Assembly: GCA_030704615.1 (NCBI GenBank)
Contig: CM060731.1
Location: 95,046,001-95,110,000 of the forward strand
From: Takakia lepidozioides
Taxonomy: Eukaryota; Plantae; Bryophyta
Direction of reading: 5' to 3'
DNA: 64,000 bases
Below are positions 49,981-63,313 of the stretch, one piece after another; position 1 is the first letter of the stretch; each line of letters begins with the position of its first letter. The notes beneath the pieces are model-generated. The model was not told the DNA's origin, did not search any database, and was given only the letters and a program-made list of their open reading frames with translations. A program made the position numbers and the translations under genes.

Positions 49981-50999
49981 GTGGTATCCATGACAAACCA
50001 TTGCAGCACGATTTGCATGTTGAAACGCAAAAGCAGTCACGGGCTGCGCCAGTGATACCAATGGAGTATGGAGCACTTGTCGTTAAGCCAAGCATGTATG
50101 ACCAAGGCGGGAAGTACAAGTTTCACACAGCCTATCACAGCCCATCACAGTGTCACACAACCTATCACAGCCCACCACAGTGCCACACAGCCTGTCACAT
50201 CCCAACATAGCCCATACAGATTACATAGTCCATAGGGTCAGTGACAGGTGGACGCGAATTAACGTTAGAAAAGTGGCCATCGAGTGAAGAAGAAGTTTGG
50301 AAGTCAAACTTGGAGAATATGCCACGCAGAGAGGGGAAGTCGGGGGCATGTTTAGAAATGGACACGTGGCCACTAAGGCGTGGCACACCGCACTGCATCA
50401 AGTGCAAAAAAGGGTCTCATCATGCAAACAGACAAATCGGGCTGTCAAAGTACCTACCCGGTATAGCAGCTAATACTAATTGTGGGTCCATTAATGCATT
50501 TAGTGTAAGGGTAATGGAACCCTTTCCGAGTACAGAAAAGGGAAACCTATGCCACATGTGCTGTCCTACTGGACATTCCAGGTGGGAATGTCCATGGAGG
50601 GGGGTGGAATTAAGAAATTACCTAAGCAGTCCACAGCCAATCAGGAGTGCGAATTACATGCAGGTGGTTCCCTCCAAGAAACAAGAACAAAAAATATGAA
50701 GTGTTATGAGCGGAAGAGTCGGGGTGGCTCTGAATAGCCAAGGTCTCGACGGAAGGGGCAATCAAAGCACTAGTTTTGTAGCTATGGCACATGTAACGGA
50801 TTACACACTCGCTTTACTTCTCACGTAGTGGCGCAAGGATGGAAGCATTGAGAGTACATTTTCTCTCACTCGATACTTGCAAGCCCCACAGGCTTACACG
50901 CACTTACCTGTTCCATTCTGTGCCAACCATACCTTCATGCTCTGTGCCCTGCAAGCTTTCCTTTAGCTGTTTCAAACAAAGCCTTTTTGTTTGTCTACA

Positions 51000-53900
51000 A
51001 TGAAGAGAGTGAGGGGAATGGAGGATATCAGGGTGAAGAGCACCACGATTCTGCAGAAGCAAACAATTGCAGCACCGCAGGCAGTACAGCTGCTAAGGGA
51101 GTTGCGATTGGAGGGGCTGCTACGCAAGGACTTTGCAATTGAAGAGCAGGGCTCTTCACACAGTGAGGGTGGACTGGCAGGGCAACACCAGTCTAAGAGA
51201 CAGAGGCGGGGTATGACTGTAGTGGCGGATCCACTGGCTTCACGGAAAACGCACGATGATGTTTCCCAAGCTCTTGTGCAAGATGGGGCACAACAACACA
51301 GAAGGCTGTTATTATTGGAAGCACGGCCTTCGGAGAGGGAAGAGGAAGTCAATTCAATACCACAGCCACCACAACCAATTGACTCAGTTGTTTTAGAGGT
51401 TCCACAGTTCGTACATGCTGTGACATCACCCCCAATTGCTCTGGAAGGAGAAAGGTTGGACCTTCCCACTACAAAGCAGGTCGTGGCCGAAATTGAGAAG
51501 GGTGACCTTCTCTATGAAAACTCTGGCTTAGTAAGGGAATCAGTGATTCCAGAGGTGCAGCGGTTGTCCAGGGAAAACCCTACTGTGCATGTAATACCCA
51601 CACCTGTGACGGAGGTACCAGGGGTAGAATATCAGGACAGTGCAACACCTGTGGAGGATGAGGTGGTTCAGGAAGAAAATATGGTGGGGCAATGGCCTGA
51701 ATGGTTGGTGAGGCATCACACTGTGGAGGATCAGGGAGAATAGCAGCAAATTCACCATGATGACCCTCAGCAGGCCATGCTTATAAATTCCATAAGCAAG
51801 ACACTTAATTTGTTGGGCACTTATGTGAAATCCCATGTTCCATCTACCCAATTGGCAGCTTTGAGAGAGGAACTCAGGAAGGAGTTTGAGGCTCGAATTG
51901 CCACTGAGTGTGCTAACAAGGTAGATGAGGAGATCAATCTCAAGTTACAGCAAGAGTTGGAGGACACAAAGGCTGCTTTGCAGTTGGCCAAGAGACATTT
52001 GATTGAAGCAGGCCTCGAGCAGGACCAGTTGCATGAAGCACATAAGCAACAGTTATACCAAATGCAGGTGAAGCATGAGGGCAAGTTGCAAGAAGTGAAT
52101 GTACTACATACAGAGTTGCAAGCAGTACATGAGAAGATGACCATACAATATGCTACACTCACAACTACTCTTGAGCAAACTGCATTAGAAGTTAACAGAC
52201 AAGGGGAGAGATGTATGAAGGCAGAAGCAGAGATAATAGAGCAAGCAAAACTCATTGTTGATATGAAGAATACAATCTGTCGCAATGAGAATACTTTCAA
52301 ACAATACAGACAGGTTGAGGCTGACCATGAGAGGTACATCCTGGAGTTGCAACAAACAGTCATGGTCAATAGAAATGAACTCTCTGTGGCTACCAAGGCT
52401 TAGAAGGAAGCCAATAATCTGGCTGCTGCCTATGCGAGTCTGGTTGAACCTCATGCGAAGCGCATGGAGGCTTTACAGCAGCAGTTAGATGTGTATAGAC
52501 TCACGGAGGAGCAGACTCTCGGGGTGCCACACACGACTTGGTGGATAACCACCTTATGCAAGTCTGGTTAGCACAAGGGCCGGTGGAAGGCAAAGCACCA
52601 CGGAAGCTCACCCAGGGCGAGATGAATGAGCTCAGACTGTAGGTGCAAAACATTGTCACAACTACTATAGACAATGTCTATAGTAGGATAGTGGAGCTAC
52701 AGGAGGATGTAGAAGGCCTGCAGACTCAGGTGGATGACCTGAGTTCAAATATTGACAAGAGAGTCTTTGTACCTGAGGAGCAGCTGATGGCTACTTATTT
52801 ACATGCCAGGACTCTAATTTTTCAGTCTTCTTTGCAAGGGGTGCAGGAGATGCCAGTGGTAGAAGGGCCAGTGGTACCAATACCACAGTAAGTGACTGTG
52901 CAGGTAGCTGACCCTGTTGTTACTACAGCCACACCACAGCCTGAGGTATGGGGGGATGCTGATTTTAACCCACCTAAGACTCCTACTGCACGAGAGTACA
53001 GTCGGGCTATGATTATGCCCTTCAACCAAATTCCCATTGTGTTGGATTTGGCTTGGAAGGAATTTAGTCCTCCGCAGTCGTTGGCACATTACTACCAGAT
53101 CATGCGCATTTGGCTGCCAGTGGCAACTAGGACTAAGGTTCTTCCGAACAATCGACCCATTGAGGATCATCACTTTGCGAGGTACTGGTCTGAAGCAGGT
53201 ACCATGTTGAAGGAATTAATTGTCTTTCAAGTTGTACATGGGTACATTTATACCAAGACCAAGGAGGTATCAAGTATTGTCATGGGCTGTGGATTATACT
53301 ATGCTGCTTGTTTTCTGGCACGTTATCACATTGAGCAGCAGAGGATGCAATCCCGATTTCTGAGTTATTTCAGTGGGGATCATTGGGTCTTACCTTCAGT
53401 GCCACCTCATATGTACCTATATGATGTAAAAGTTATGATGCAGAAGGATTCCCAACTTCGTTCATGGTTTCATTCGGCTTGGAACAATTTGACAACACAG
53501 AAATTCGGCCCTGAGGATATTTTCTTGAAGGGACATGAGGCATGGAAATACTTACACTGTTCCAAAGTCATTGGCACTCCTCTTACCTATACAGATAAGG
53601 AGTTGAGGACGTTCACTAATTTTGCTTGCCAGCGCTTACAACAAGTTGTACAATTTAAACTTCCAGATATGGTTGGACCACATTGTATGCCACACATGAT
53701 TCCACTTAAAGTTCGGCCGTTAAAACACCTAAGGGGAGACGAGGATTCTGATACTACTGTTTCTTCAGCCGACTCTTTTGACATAGCAGAGGACTATGCA
53801 CTTCAGATGGCAGAGAAGAAACGACGGGGATCTCCTATGCCTGAGAGGTTACCTCGTTATCAGCCAAAGGAGGGTCAGACATTTCCAGGTAGTGCTCAAT

Positions 53901-54010
53901 CGTCTCCGTCAACCAGTGACAGGACTCGGGCTCGCACACGGAGTCCTTCACGAGACTCTCACCGTCAGAAGGGTGCTCGGTCACAAAGGTTTGCTAATCC
54001 CAAACAGTAA
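51000..54010 (+). pseudogene. Extra sense ORF between pol and the PPT (~1000 codons, coiled-coil plus unknown domain), with stops
   Basis: ORFs 50991-51743, 51777-52403, 52643-52891 and 52892-54010 lie in series and are broken by TAG/TAA stops. Confidence 0.7.
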
Positions 54011-54049
54011 ACCGTGAGGACATGGCTTTTTGAGAGGGGGAGGGGTAAA

Positions 54050-55099
54050 TGTTAGAGGGCTGCTTGGGACTTAGACGCTTTTACGGGTTCTGTGGGGTAC
54101 CCTTAATTTTTGCACAGACTGGACCAACAGGAGCCTTAGGGGTGGCAGCAGCAGGCTTTAGGGGGGTTATACAGCCCAACACAGCTTTACACAGCCGCCA
54201 CAGCTTCGCATAGCCCGACACAGCCCGACACAGCCAGTCATAGCCTGACATAGCTTTACACAGCCAGTCACAGCCGCCACAGCTTCGCATAGCCCGACAC
54301 AGCTTTACACAGCCAGTCACAGCCGCCATAGCTTCGCACAGCCCGACACGGCCCGACACAACTTTGCACAGCCAGTCACAGCCCGACACAGCTTTACACA
54401 GCCAGTCATAGCTCGGCACAGCTTGACACAGCCTATCATAGTACATGGGGAACAGTTATCATTGATAGGGAACGACTGTGAGGGAACGACATCTGCAGAG
54501 GGAACGTGTTACTTCAGGGATGACGGTTAGTTAGTTAGGTGGTTAGAACAGCTTGCGGGCAGATAAGGAGAGCGGCAACGGAAAGAGGATCACTTCACAG
54601 GGAGTGCTTCTTGGTCATGCAGAAGAGGAGATCAGGCGGAGAGCAAGAACGAGAGCACAGAGAAGGAGGAAAGATGAACAGTAGATGTTTATTACATGCA
54701 AAGTTGTAATGAAACTGTAGGGCAGATTAGAGTCACCATGGCATTGGCCTGATACCTGATAAATCATAATCTAATACTTATTCGATACAATCACACTGTG
54801 TAGAGAGACATGAGTGAAGCTGTGAAATGAATGCATAATTAACTGGAACTAAGTAGATACTGAAGCAATCTGATGCTTTAGTATCAGATAAGGTAATTTG
54901 ATAACATGAAGGCAAGAAGGAATACAAATGGGAAGCACAACCATGATTCACTAGCTGCAGGTCATGACTGATAGTTCTGAGCGGGCTGAGTGCTTAGAGA
55001 TATCCAACTCTTCTATCTTGGAGTTTCCACCTCGGATAACGAAGGGATGGGTGAGTAAAAGCCGTTCGACAGTCCACCAGGGCAGTATTCAGGATGACA
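54050..55099 (+). repeat. 3' LTR, preceded by polypurine tract 54032-54045; contains ACAGCC-type minisatellite at 54170-54440
   Basis: GAGAGGGGGAGGGG-taaa-TGTTAG at the start; ends GATGACA where PPR sequence begins. Confidence 0.75.
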
Positions 55100-56445
55100 T
55101 CTGGTAGGATTCCAGCTCTCACGATGTCGCCATGCACCTCTTTGCCCTTTTCCAGGGCTGCCAGGCTTGCACACGCACTGCAAACGCTACAAACATGATG
55201 TGGTTGGGCTAAATCGCTTCCCCCATCATTTGCTCATAGGTCTCCAAAGCATTCCTACCACACCCATGCTTGGTAAATCCTGCCAACATGATATTCCACG
55301 TGATCAAAGATCGTTGAGGCATTCTGTTGAACACTTGGTGAGCATCCATGATGCTCCCGCACTTAACATACATGTTGACAAGGGTGTGGAGGAGAAAAAC
55401 ATTTGGCGTGAATTCACTTTGGATAATGTGAGTGTGCACCTGCTTTCCAACTTCCAGGCCTTTAACCTGGATGCACTTATGCAAGAGACAAACATGCGTT
55501 TCTGAATCTGCTGAAATGCCTCTTTGGTTTAAATTAAAGTCTGTAGAGCCTCTTTTAGTTTGCGTGCCTCACAAGACATCTTCACATGCCCAGAAGTGCC
55601 AGAAGAGGCTTGTGGACTCCATCTCTTGATCCTCTTCCAGAAGCTGTGGTCTTGGTTGAGGTGCTTGATTTTATCAACTGTGACATTGCAGCTGCTGCCT
55701 TTAGTTGACCATCTACCCATGCAGGTTTCTTGTAGCTATTGATCCTAGCTACTGCCTTGTTCTATCAATGTGCTGCTGCCGCTACTGTTTCCAATTGACC
55801 ATCTACCCACTTGTAGCCGCTGTGCTATTGAAGAAGGTGCCCCCTTTCCCCCATTTTCCAGAGGTCCCAGGCTTGCACACGCTTTTGCAAACACAAACAC
55901 CCACGCGTGGTAAATCCTTCCAGCATTGTATTCCATGAGATCAAAGATCGTTGAGGCATTCTGTTGAAAACTTGGTGAGCATTCATGATGCTCCCGCACT
56001 TAACATACAGGTTGACAAGGGTGTTGAGGAGAAAAACAGTTGGCGTGAGTCCACTTTGGATCATAATGTGAGTGTGCACCTGCTCTCCAGCTTCCAAACC
56101 TTTCCTCTTGATGCACTTAAGCAAGAGACAGACATACTTATCTAAATCTGCTGAAATTCCTCATTGGTTTAAAGTCTGTAGAGCCTCATTCAGTCTGCCT
56201 ACCTCACAAAGCATCTTGACATGCCCAAAAGTGCCAGAACAGGCACTGTGGACTCCCTCTCTTGATCCTCTTCTAGAAGTTGTGGTCATGGTTGAGGTGC
56301 CTGATTTGATCATTTGTGCCGTTGCTGCCGCGGCTTCCAATTGACCATCTACCCATGCAGGTTTCTTGTAGCTATCCTTCCACATGGAATCATAGGTGAT
56401 CTGGAGCTTGAAATCCGGCCCGCTTCGATGAATCTCAACCCACAC
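55100..56445 (-). pseudogene. Two tandem fragments of a PLS-class PPR gene
   Basis: GKQVHTHIIQS..PNVFL..TLVNMYVKCGSIMDAHQVFNRMPQRSLITWN occurs twice, plus ACASLAALEKGKEVH; frameshifts and stops. Confidence 0.85.
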
Positions 56446-58029
56446 TCTATCCCTGCTCCTTCATTCCAGAGCTTCTCTTAGTTTCTGTTATCTGTTTTCA
56501 ATACTTTCCTGTTGCCACATAGGCAGTAACATGTCAAATCACTTCAAAACCCCCGGTACCATAGATCCACCAAGAGCTAACTTGCAGAATTCAACATGAA
56601 AATTAGGGACAACTCTGATAACAAGGAAAACAGGCTGAAATGTATTGAAGAAGGTGCCTCCATTACTGTTGCCTAGTTCTATCAACCGAGTCTGATGGGA
56701 GGGAAAAACAGGCTGAAATAGGTCAAAGAAGAAGGTGCCCTCACCACATTGTCCTCGACCTTGTGTCATGACCCATGGAGGATTTGACTGACCATGAACC
56801 TAAGAGAACCTCTTGTGTGTGCTGCTTGTGTCTGTAGTCAGGTAATGTCTGATTGGTCTATGAGAACCACCATGGTGCAGCTGAACGGGCAGAAATTGAA
56901 GCACGGCCTGCTAAGACCAAGCTGACTCTTCCAAGAACCTTGTAAACATCAGGAAGGATACCAAAGCACGGTACTAACAGGATATTTGCAGGATGGACAA
57001 ACTTCTTCATATCGTACATTAAGAAAAAGCCACACCTTGCGATTGCGGTTGTCCCACCATCGTGAAGGATCTTTAAAAACTCATGCCAGCTCTGCTCCGT
57101 GCTACAAATTTAAGGCTGAGTTTGATGAGAGCGCAAAACAGGCTGAAATAGGTCAAAGAAGAAGGTGCCCTCACCACATTGTCCTCAACCTAAGACCAAG
57201 CTGACTCTCCCCAGAACGGTGAGCTCTCAGCCGACACCTAGTCCTCGCACACATACCCTAGCGTTTGTCGGGTTGCTTGCTTTTCAGATGCGAAGGTTGC
57301 TCCAACTGCGGGCCTCCCATGTTTGCCCTCCCTCCCGCTCGCTGCTCTAAGTCCCAGCCCTCTCTCTCTCCCTCCTGCTCGCTCGCTCTAAGTCCCAACC
57401 CTCTGTTCACAGCTACCGGGATGGGCAACTTTTAAAAAAAATTAACCTTTTGCAAACCCTACAAGCAACTTTTGCAAAAAAATTTAAACCTTTTGCACTT
57501 TGATCTTTAAACCTTTTGCACTCTGCAACAAGTTTTAAAGGTACCATGTACTAGCTCTACCCTGTTTTCATTTTACAATGTTGAATGATTCATATTTATG
57601 TCCCTGCACTGATATGGTCACACTTAATTTGACTCCCTTCAATCATAATATGAGGACTGTTAAGCTTGCATTGCATTCGGTTTACATTGCAAAGTGCGAC
57701 GACCACCTCTTCATCTTTCCGAGGGCAGTTTTTGAAGTTCATGATTTATTCCATTTGCAGCGGAGTACTAACTAAACCCATACACCACAATCAGTGGAAA
57801 TAATTGTATGGTCCCATTTCACACAGGTGTTTAACATGCCATGTAAACTAAGCCAACCCCTGCCACGGTCATGGCTGTTTTCACACCGTTCTTGCCTGGG
57901 GTGTGGACCACATGTGAGACACAGTTAGGGCATATTTAGACCACACTTTGGCTCAGTCTACAGACCCGTGATAAAAGCCGTGGAATGTGCCAGGTGTGAG
58001 ATGGCAGAGCCGTGGAAAAAGCCGGTTTC

Positions 58030-61000
58030 TCTTCTAGTGAAGATTATAGCCAAAAGCCTGGCTCTACGTCTTCAGCCTCTTCTTCCTTCAATCATTAGAC
58101 CTAGCCAATCGGGTTTTATTAAGGGGAGATACATCATGGATAACCTTCTTCTTGCACAAGAGCTTCCCCAGTACGCCCTTCAAACCCAGCAAGCTATTGC
58201 CCTAATCCTTCTAGACTTCGAGAAAGCGTTTGACAGAGTAGAATGGCCTTTCCTGATGGGCACCCTGGCCAAGATTGGTTTGCCTCCCTCCTTTTGTCAA
58301 TGGGTGCGCATTTTGCTGAATGGGTCAACCAGTAGGGTAATCATCAACAGTTCAGTGTCAAAGCCATTCAACCTGTATCGATCTGTCCGTCAAGGCTGCC
58401 CCTTGGCTCCTTTCCTCTTCATTATTGCCGCCAACACGATTGGATACATGCTACAAGCAGATAGGCAGATTCTGGGTCTTAGAATCACAAACTACATAAC
58501 TAACCAGCCTGCCTACATCAGGGAATCCATGTATGTAGATGACACTTTCCTTATGCGTCAAGCAAGCCAAACCAACCTGGACAGAACTGCAGCAACTTTG
58601 GAGGCATTCTGTGAAGCCTCTAGTTTCAAGGTCAACTGGAACAAAACTTGTGCCATCCTCGCTGGAGACACATCAAAATCCCTTCTGGGATGTGTGCCCT
58701 CTTGGGGCCAGGCCTTGGGCCTCTCATGGCTGCAACCTAGCCTGACGACAATGTTGCTAGGGTACACCTATGGGCTTGATATCACCGATGAGCAACGATT
58801 TGCACCCATTCTATCCAAGATCAAAAGAAACCTCATTTTTTGGGGCTCTAAGTTCCTCTCAATCACAGGTCGGGCACTTGTGGCCAACCAGATTCTCTCA
58901 GCTGGCCTTTGGTTCTACGCAGCATCCTGGCGCCCTTCCAAAAGGCAAATATGTTAATACAAAGCTTTATTGCGAAATTTTGTATGGGGAGCTAGCAATG
59001 CAGGCCAAAAAGTCAGGCCACAGGTCTCCTGGAGACAGATCTGCCAGCCAAAAAAACTGGGAGGACTGGGGGTTCTGGACCCGGAGATCCAAATCACAGC
59101 ACTCCTCGGGAAATGGCTGCCAAGATTCTTAGGCCCAGAAGGAGGCTGGTGGAAATTTTTGGTGGTAGGAAATCTGATGATGGCAAGCCCCCTTAAGACC
59201 TCTAAATGGCACCCCTCCATTCGCTGGATCACACAGGGATTCAAGCACAAAATGGTGGGATTGTCCCTATGGAATGTCATCTGGAAAGCTTGGGCTGCAC
59301 TGAGACCATTTCTCCGCAAAAAAGAGCCAGAAACTTACGAGGGAACCCTCCGCTAGCACCTATTTTTGAACACCAACGTGCCCACACCAACTGAAAAATC
59401 GCTGGCAAAAAAGTGGTCTGCCTGGGACAGCAGGGGCATCAGTCAACTAAAACACCTGTGGTTGCCTGCATGCTTCCTGCATATTGACACAATTAGCCCT
59501 ATACTGGGGTCAATCAGAGCCAAGACCGGGCTTCAGGCGGTCATAAATTCTATACCTCAAACCTGGACCCTGTCTCTGTAGGCGGGACCAATGACCCCCT
59601 CCACGAACTTCTGGACATTAGGAGTCATAAGCAACAGACTCACCATCCTATTGGTGATTTTTGCCACAGACACCCACTTCTCAGGGTTCGCTTACCATAT
59701 CAACCCCGAAACTCTAGTTCTGATCTTGGTTTCTCAATCCCAAACCCTCTTCCCTCGTTTCATTCATACCCCGGTGAGAATATGCAATTGGTCATCTAAG
59801 TTCAAAGAGTTTGATCCCCAACCACCTCTTACCGTACCTGTCATGTCCTGGGTTAATGCCTCCACATTCGTGTGGATCCTGGGAAGACCTCTGGCGGACC
59901 TCCAGCTGGACCCCAAAGAATGGGAATGGGCCTTTGGCCGCACTGCAACACCCCTTCTTCCCTACACCCCCAAGAAGGCTTATAGGGCTCTTAACATCCA
60001 GCCATCCCTCTCTACTAAGTGGAATAGCAAATGGAGTCACTTTGGATTCTTAAATGAGAACTGGTCAGCAATCTGGTCTTCTATTTGGCTAAAAATTAGG
60101 CCTGCCAAGATCTCGGCGTTTTTATGGCAAGTAGCGAACAGAGCCCTAAAAGTGGGAGAATGGTTGCAATTCCATGAAGCTTTACTGTGTTGATGCTGCT
60201 CCTCGGGTATCATTGAAACTCATGAGCACTACCTTCTTGCCTGTATAGCTCCAGCCAAAATCTGGCCCTTCATCAAGGTCTTCTACAGACATTGGAGCCT
60301 CTCGGCCATTGGCCCTCTGGATCTGCTACTTAATTACAACAAAACAGCCAGGGCCCGATCCTTTCCATGTCCGATCTTCGAGACTCTTCGCGCATCTACG
60401 TTATGGCACTTATGGCGTGCTAGATGTAAAAAGACCTTTAGCAAGGAGACAATCAGTACCTTTGCTTTGTTGGCAATGGTGTACAAAGACCTTTTAACAG
60501 AGTCGAAAAAAGTTTGGGCAAAATGTGTTGCAGATTGTCACAGAACCCCCAGGTAGGCGCCAGCAATCCATGCAACATTCAGAGCGACGTGGGCCTGCCA
60601 TGGCATCATTTGTCAAAGCGATGAGCAGGAACACTGTGTTTGGAACGCTCTCCCCCCTCAGCGTTGGAGAGACCTCAAAGCTCCACTCCACGGCCTCGCC
60701 AGTATTTGAGAGAGACGTGAACTGGAAACACGTCAAGCACCCGCCACTACTTCCAGGCTAAATTTCCGTTAAAACGTAGCTGTAGATTAGCTCCTCGGTA
60801 ATCTCAGCTGCAGGCTTAGACATTATTTTATTTTATTTTATTTTATTTTTTCTTTTGGAAGTCTCTCGGACAGGGCTAAGCTATTTCAAGAGGTCATCTC
60901 TCTATGAGCACACTGCTGCACTTTAGCAGTAGGTATTTGATCACCCTTCACCGACTACAGTGTGTAGCCCTCATGGTGCAAAAATGGGTTTTATTTTTTT

Positions 61001-61057
61001 TCCCCATAATTTTGGAATAAATGTAATATTTCTTTATAAATAAATAAATAAATAAAA
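58030..61057 (+). mobile_element. 5'-truncated L1/Tx1-like LINE (ORF2 RT plus C-terminal zinc finger), decayed
   Basis: LDFEKAFDRVEW, RQGCPLAPFLF, MYVDD, GGLG and KISAFLW..C..C..ETHEH..C; (TAAA)n tail at ~61037-61057. Confidence 0.9.
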
Positions 61058-61199
61058 ACCCCACCTACCCATAACCCGAACCACTACCTGACACCCCATC
61101 CCATCCCCCTCCCCCAATTCATACCCCCCCAAGAAAATACCCATAGCCCCCCTCCTCCATGCTACCCCCATTATGCCTTCCCTATTCATTCAATTTCCA

Positions 61200-61700
61200 C
61201 AAGCTGTTCCACTCAATGGCCTCCATCTTTGTCTCTTGAATACCTAATCCTCCAGGGTATATCATGTGACCCAGATACTCAATGTGGTTGTGGAAGAACT
61301 TGCACTTTCACAGGGTGCAATTTCAACCCATGCGCTCTCAAGCGCTCAAACATTAAAGGTGTCTCTCGTGCTCCTCAATTGTAGCACTAAAGATGATGAT
61401 GTCATCAATGTAGCACCGGACAAAGTCTAGTCTTGCAAGAATCCTATCCATGACCCTCTGAAACTCTGTAGGAGCATTCTTCAACCCAAACGGTAAGAAC
61501 CGCCATTGGTACAAACAATCCTTCCCATGCTGGTCAATCCCCAAGAATATCGTCTTTTGCAGCCTCTTTGATTGGCAACTGGTGATAACTTGATCGTAAG
61601 TCCAATGTACTAAACACCTTCGCATGCCCAATGGTATCAAAGATCTTATCTGGAGTTGATATGGCATATCTGTTGGACTTAGTCTGACGGTTCACAGGAC
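61200..61700 (-). pseudogene. Ty3/Gypsy reverse transcriptase fragment
   Basis: YQWRFLPFGLKNAPTEFQRVMD..YIDDIIIFS..KCKFF..IEYLGH. Confidence 0.88.
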
Positions 61701-62339
61701 GATAGCTTCATGACTGGATCAAAAGACCTCTTCATATCACTATACCTGTAGGGCCTTCAAAAAATGGTGTGTCACTTACCAAATCAACACGAATCTTCTA
61801 GCCCTTCAAACTCCTCAAATCCTTCAAACCGAAGGCAAAATAATTTCTATAAGCCCTCAGAAATTGTCTCTCTCCTCCGGTGACTGTAGGTCCAACATCT
61901 GGTTCCCAATTGTCCTCAGTGACTGTAACTTTGGGTACACCAAGCTTGGAGGTAGGAGAAGCATCATTTGGTTGCTAGATAACAACCTCCTGGGCCTTGT
62001 CTGCCCGCCCTGACTGTGGCGTAGCCTCCACTTGCTCCGCCATAGCATCCTTGAGAACATCCTCTGAGCAAGAAACATTCTCAATCTCTGCAGAAAACCT
62101 TGGCCACCTTGGCCATCTTGGCCTCCAACTGATCCTTAGTGTATGGCTCTCCTCACTCCTCATACTGCAGCTTGAGAGATCTAACGACTCTCTCTTTGCG
62201 CATCTCATTCCACATCTGCCATAGGTGTTTGCACCCCACGATCCTGTGCTCGCCCATACTCACTGCCTCAACCGTCCCGGTTGGCAGAGAGCGTGCAATA
62301 TCCAATGGAAGTGTAGAAGTAGCCACCAATGCTTGCAAT

Positions 62340-62855
62340 CTCCGTTGCTCAAGCAATTTAGATCCATTGCTTGACCCAACACCTGCCGGCGTGATGCCTC
62401 TGATAGAGCTGACACAACTGTAGTGCCCATGGCAAACCCCATTGCCCGCTCTCGCTCATCCACATTGGGCTCCACCAATTGCTGTAGCACACTGTCCCAA
62501 ATCAACCCAGGACCATTGTCTTGAAAAACATAGGCAAGGCCGCACGTGGCTGCCCCACTCAATTGACCATCACCAAAAGTGGACAGTCATCATGTCGCAC
62601 CCTCTGCGGCGGCCTCATTGGTCCAAAATGCCCTCAACCGTGAGATTGGGTGGCTGTTGAATGAAATCGTATGCTCTTTTGAGCAGCTCTGGTGGTACAA
62701 GATTGGTCCACCACAATCGAGGTCGATGCGCGCGTGATCCCACCGCTGCTACATCCAATAACACCGCCAATCCAATCCAAGACCACATCTCATGCACACC
62801 GGCCATAACCCTGGCCCGAGAATCCATCATAAGAGGAACATTGTCCAAGATGTAA
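62340..62855 (-). pseudogene. C5-cytosine DNA methyltransferase domain fragment, upstream of the RT on the same strand
   Basis: Motif VI-like LDNVP, VIII AHRPRLWWTN, IX ERERAMGF and X RRQVLGQAMD, in canonical order. Motifs I and IV are missing. Confidence 0.75.
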
Positions 62856-63103
62856 GCTGAGAGGTCGCACTTGCCTTATCTGTAGATCTCGCAATACTTC
62901 AACATCTCCCAAAACAAATGTGACCTTGCATATGCAAGCCAAATGTTTTCCATAGATTCTTCCACATTTTATTACTGTTGATCCGGATTTATCATGTGAG
63001 TAAGACTTTTTTATTTCGGTGTACCGTTTCGATTTTGAATACCTTTCAGTTCGCCCTCCTTTGTATTCATGACTTTATATCCGTCACGGCTGCTCTTTTG
63101 CAG

Positions 63104-63313
63104 AAGTCCATTGGATTCGAGACCGACATTTTTTTTTTGCGAAACAAAGTCCGAGTCTCTATTCTTACAAGCTACGCGGAGGCATTTGCAAAAACATATC
63201 TTCGTGCGACTGACACCCAGTCTTCCAATGCGGGCCCTATGTGTAGATGTTCTAGTTTCAGGGCTAGGGTGTATGTGGATGACAATGCCTTTGTATCGGG
63301 GATAGCAGACTAA
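63104..63313 (+). pseudogene. Isolated last exon of another C-like ParB-MTase gene
   Basis: IL.SYAEAFA..RARVYVDDNAFVSG matches ILPNYAEAIA..GARVYVDDTAQVSG at 43784-44017. Preceded by a GTGAGT..TTGCAG intron. Confidence 0.65.

Larger units (their letters stand above)
45560..55099 (+). mobile_element. Rearranged Ty3/Gypsy LTR retrotransposon (non-chromovirus-like); 5' LTR not found
   Basis: PR-RT-RH-IN order, extra 3' ORF, polypurine tract and a TG...CA LTR. Confidence 0.85.

Noticed and set aside
55100-55115. Primer-binding site after the LTR (TCTGGTAG)
   Set aside because: The sequence is PPR coding DNA on the minus strand, and the LTR follows a PPT, so it is the 3' LTR.
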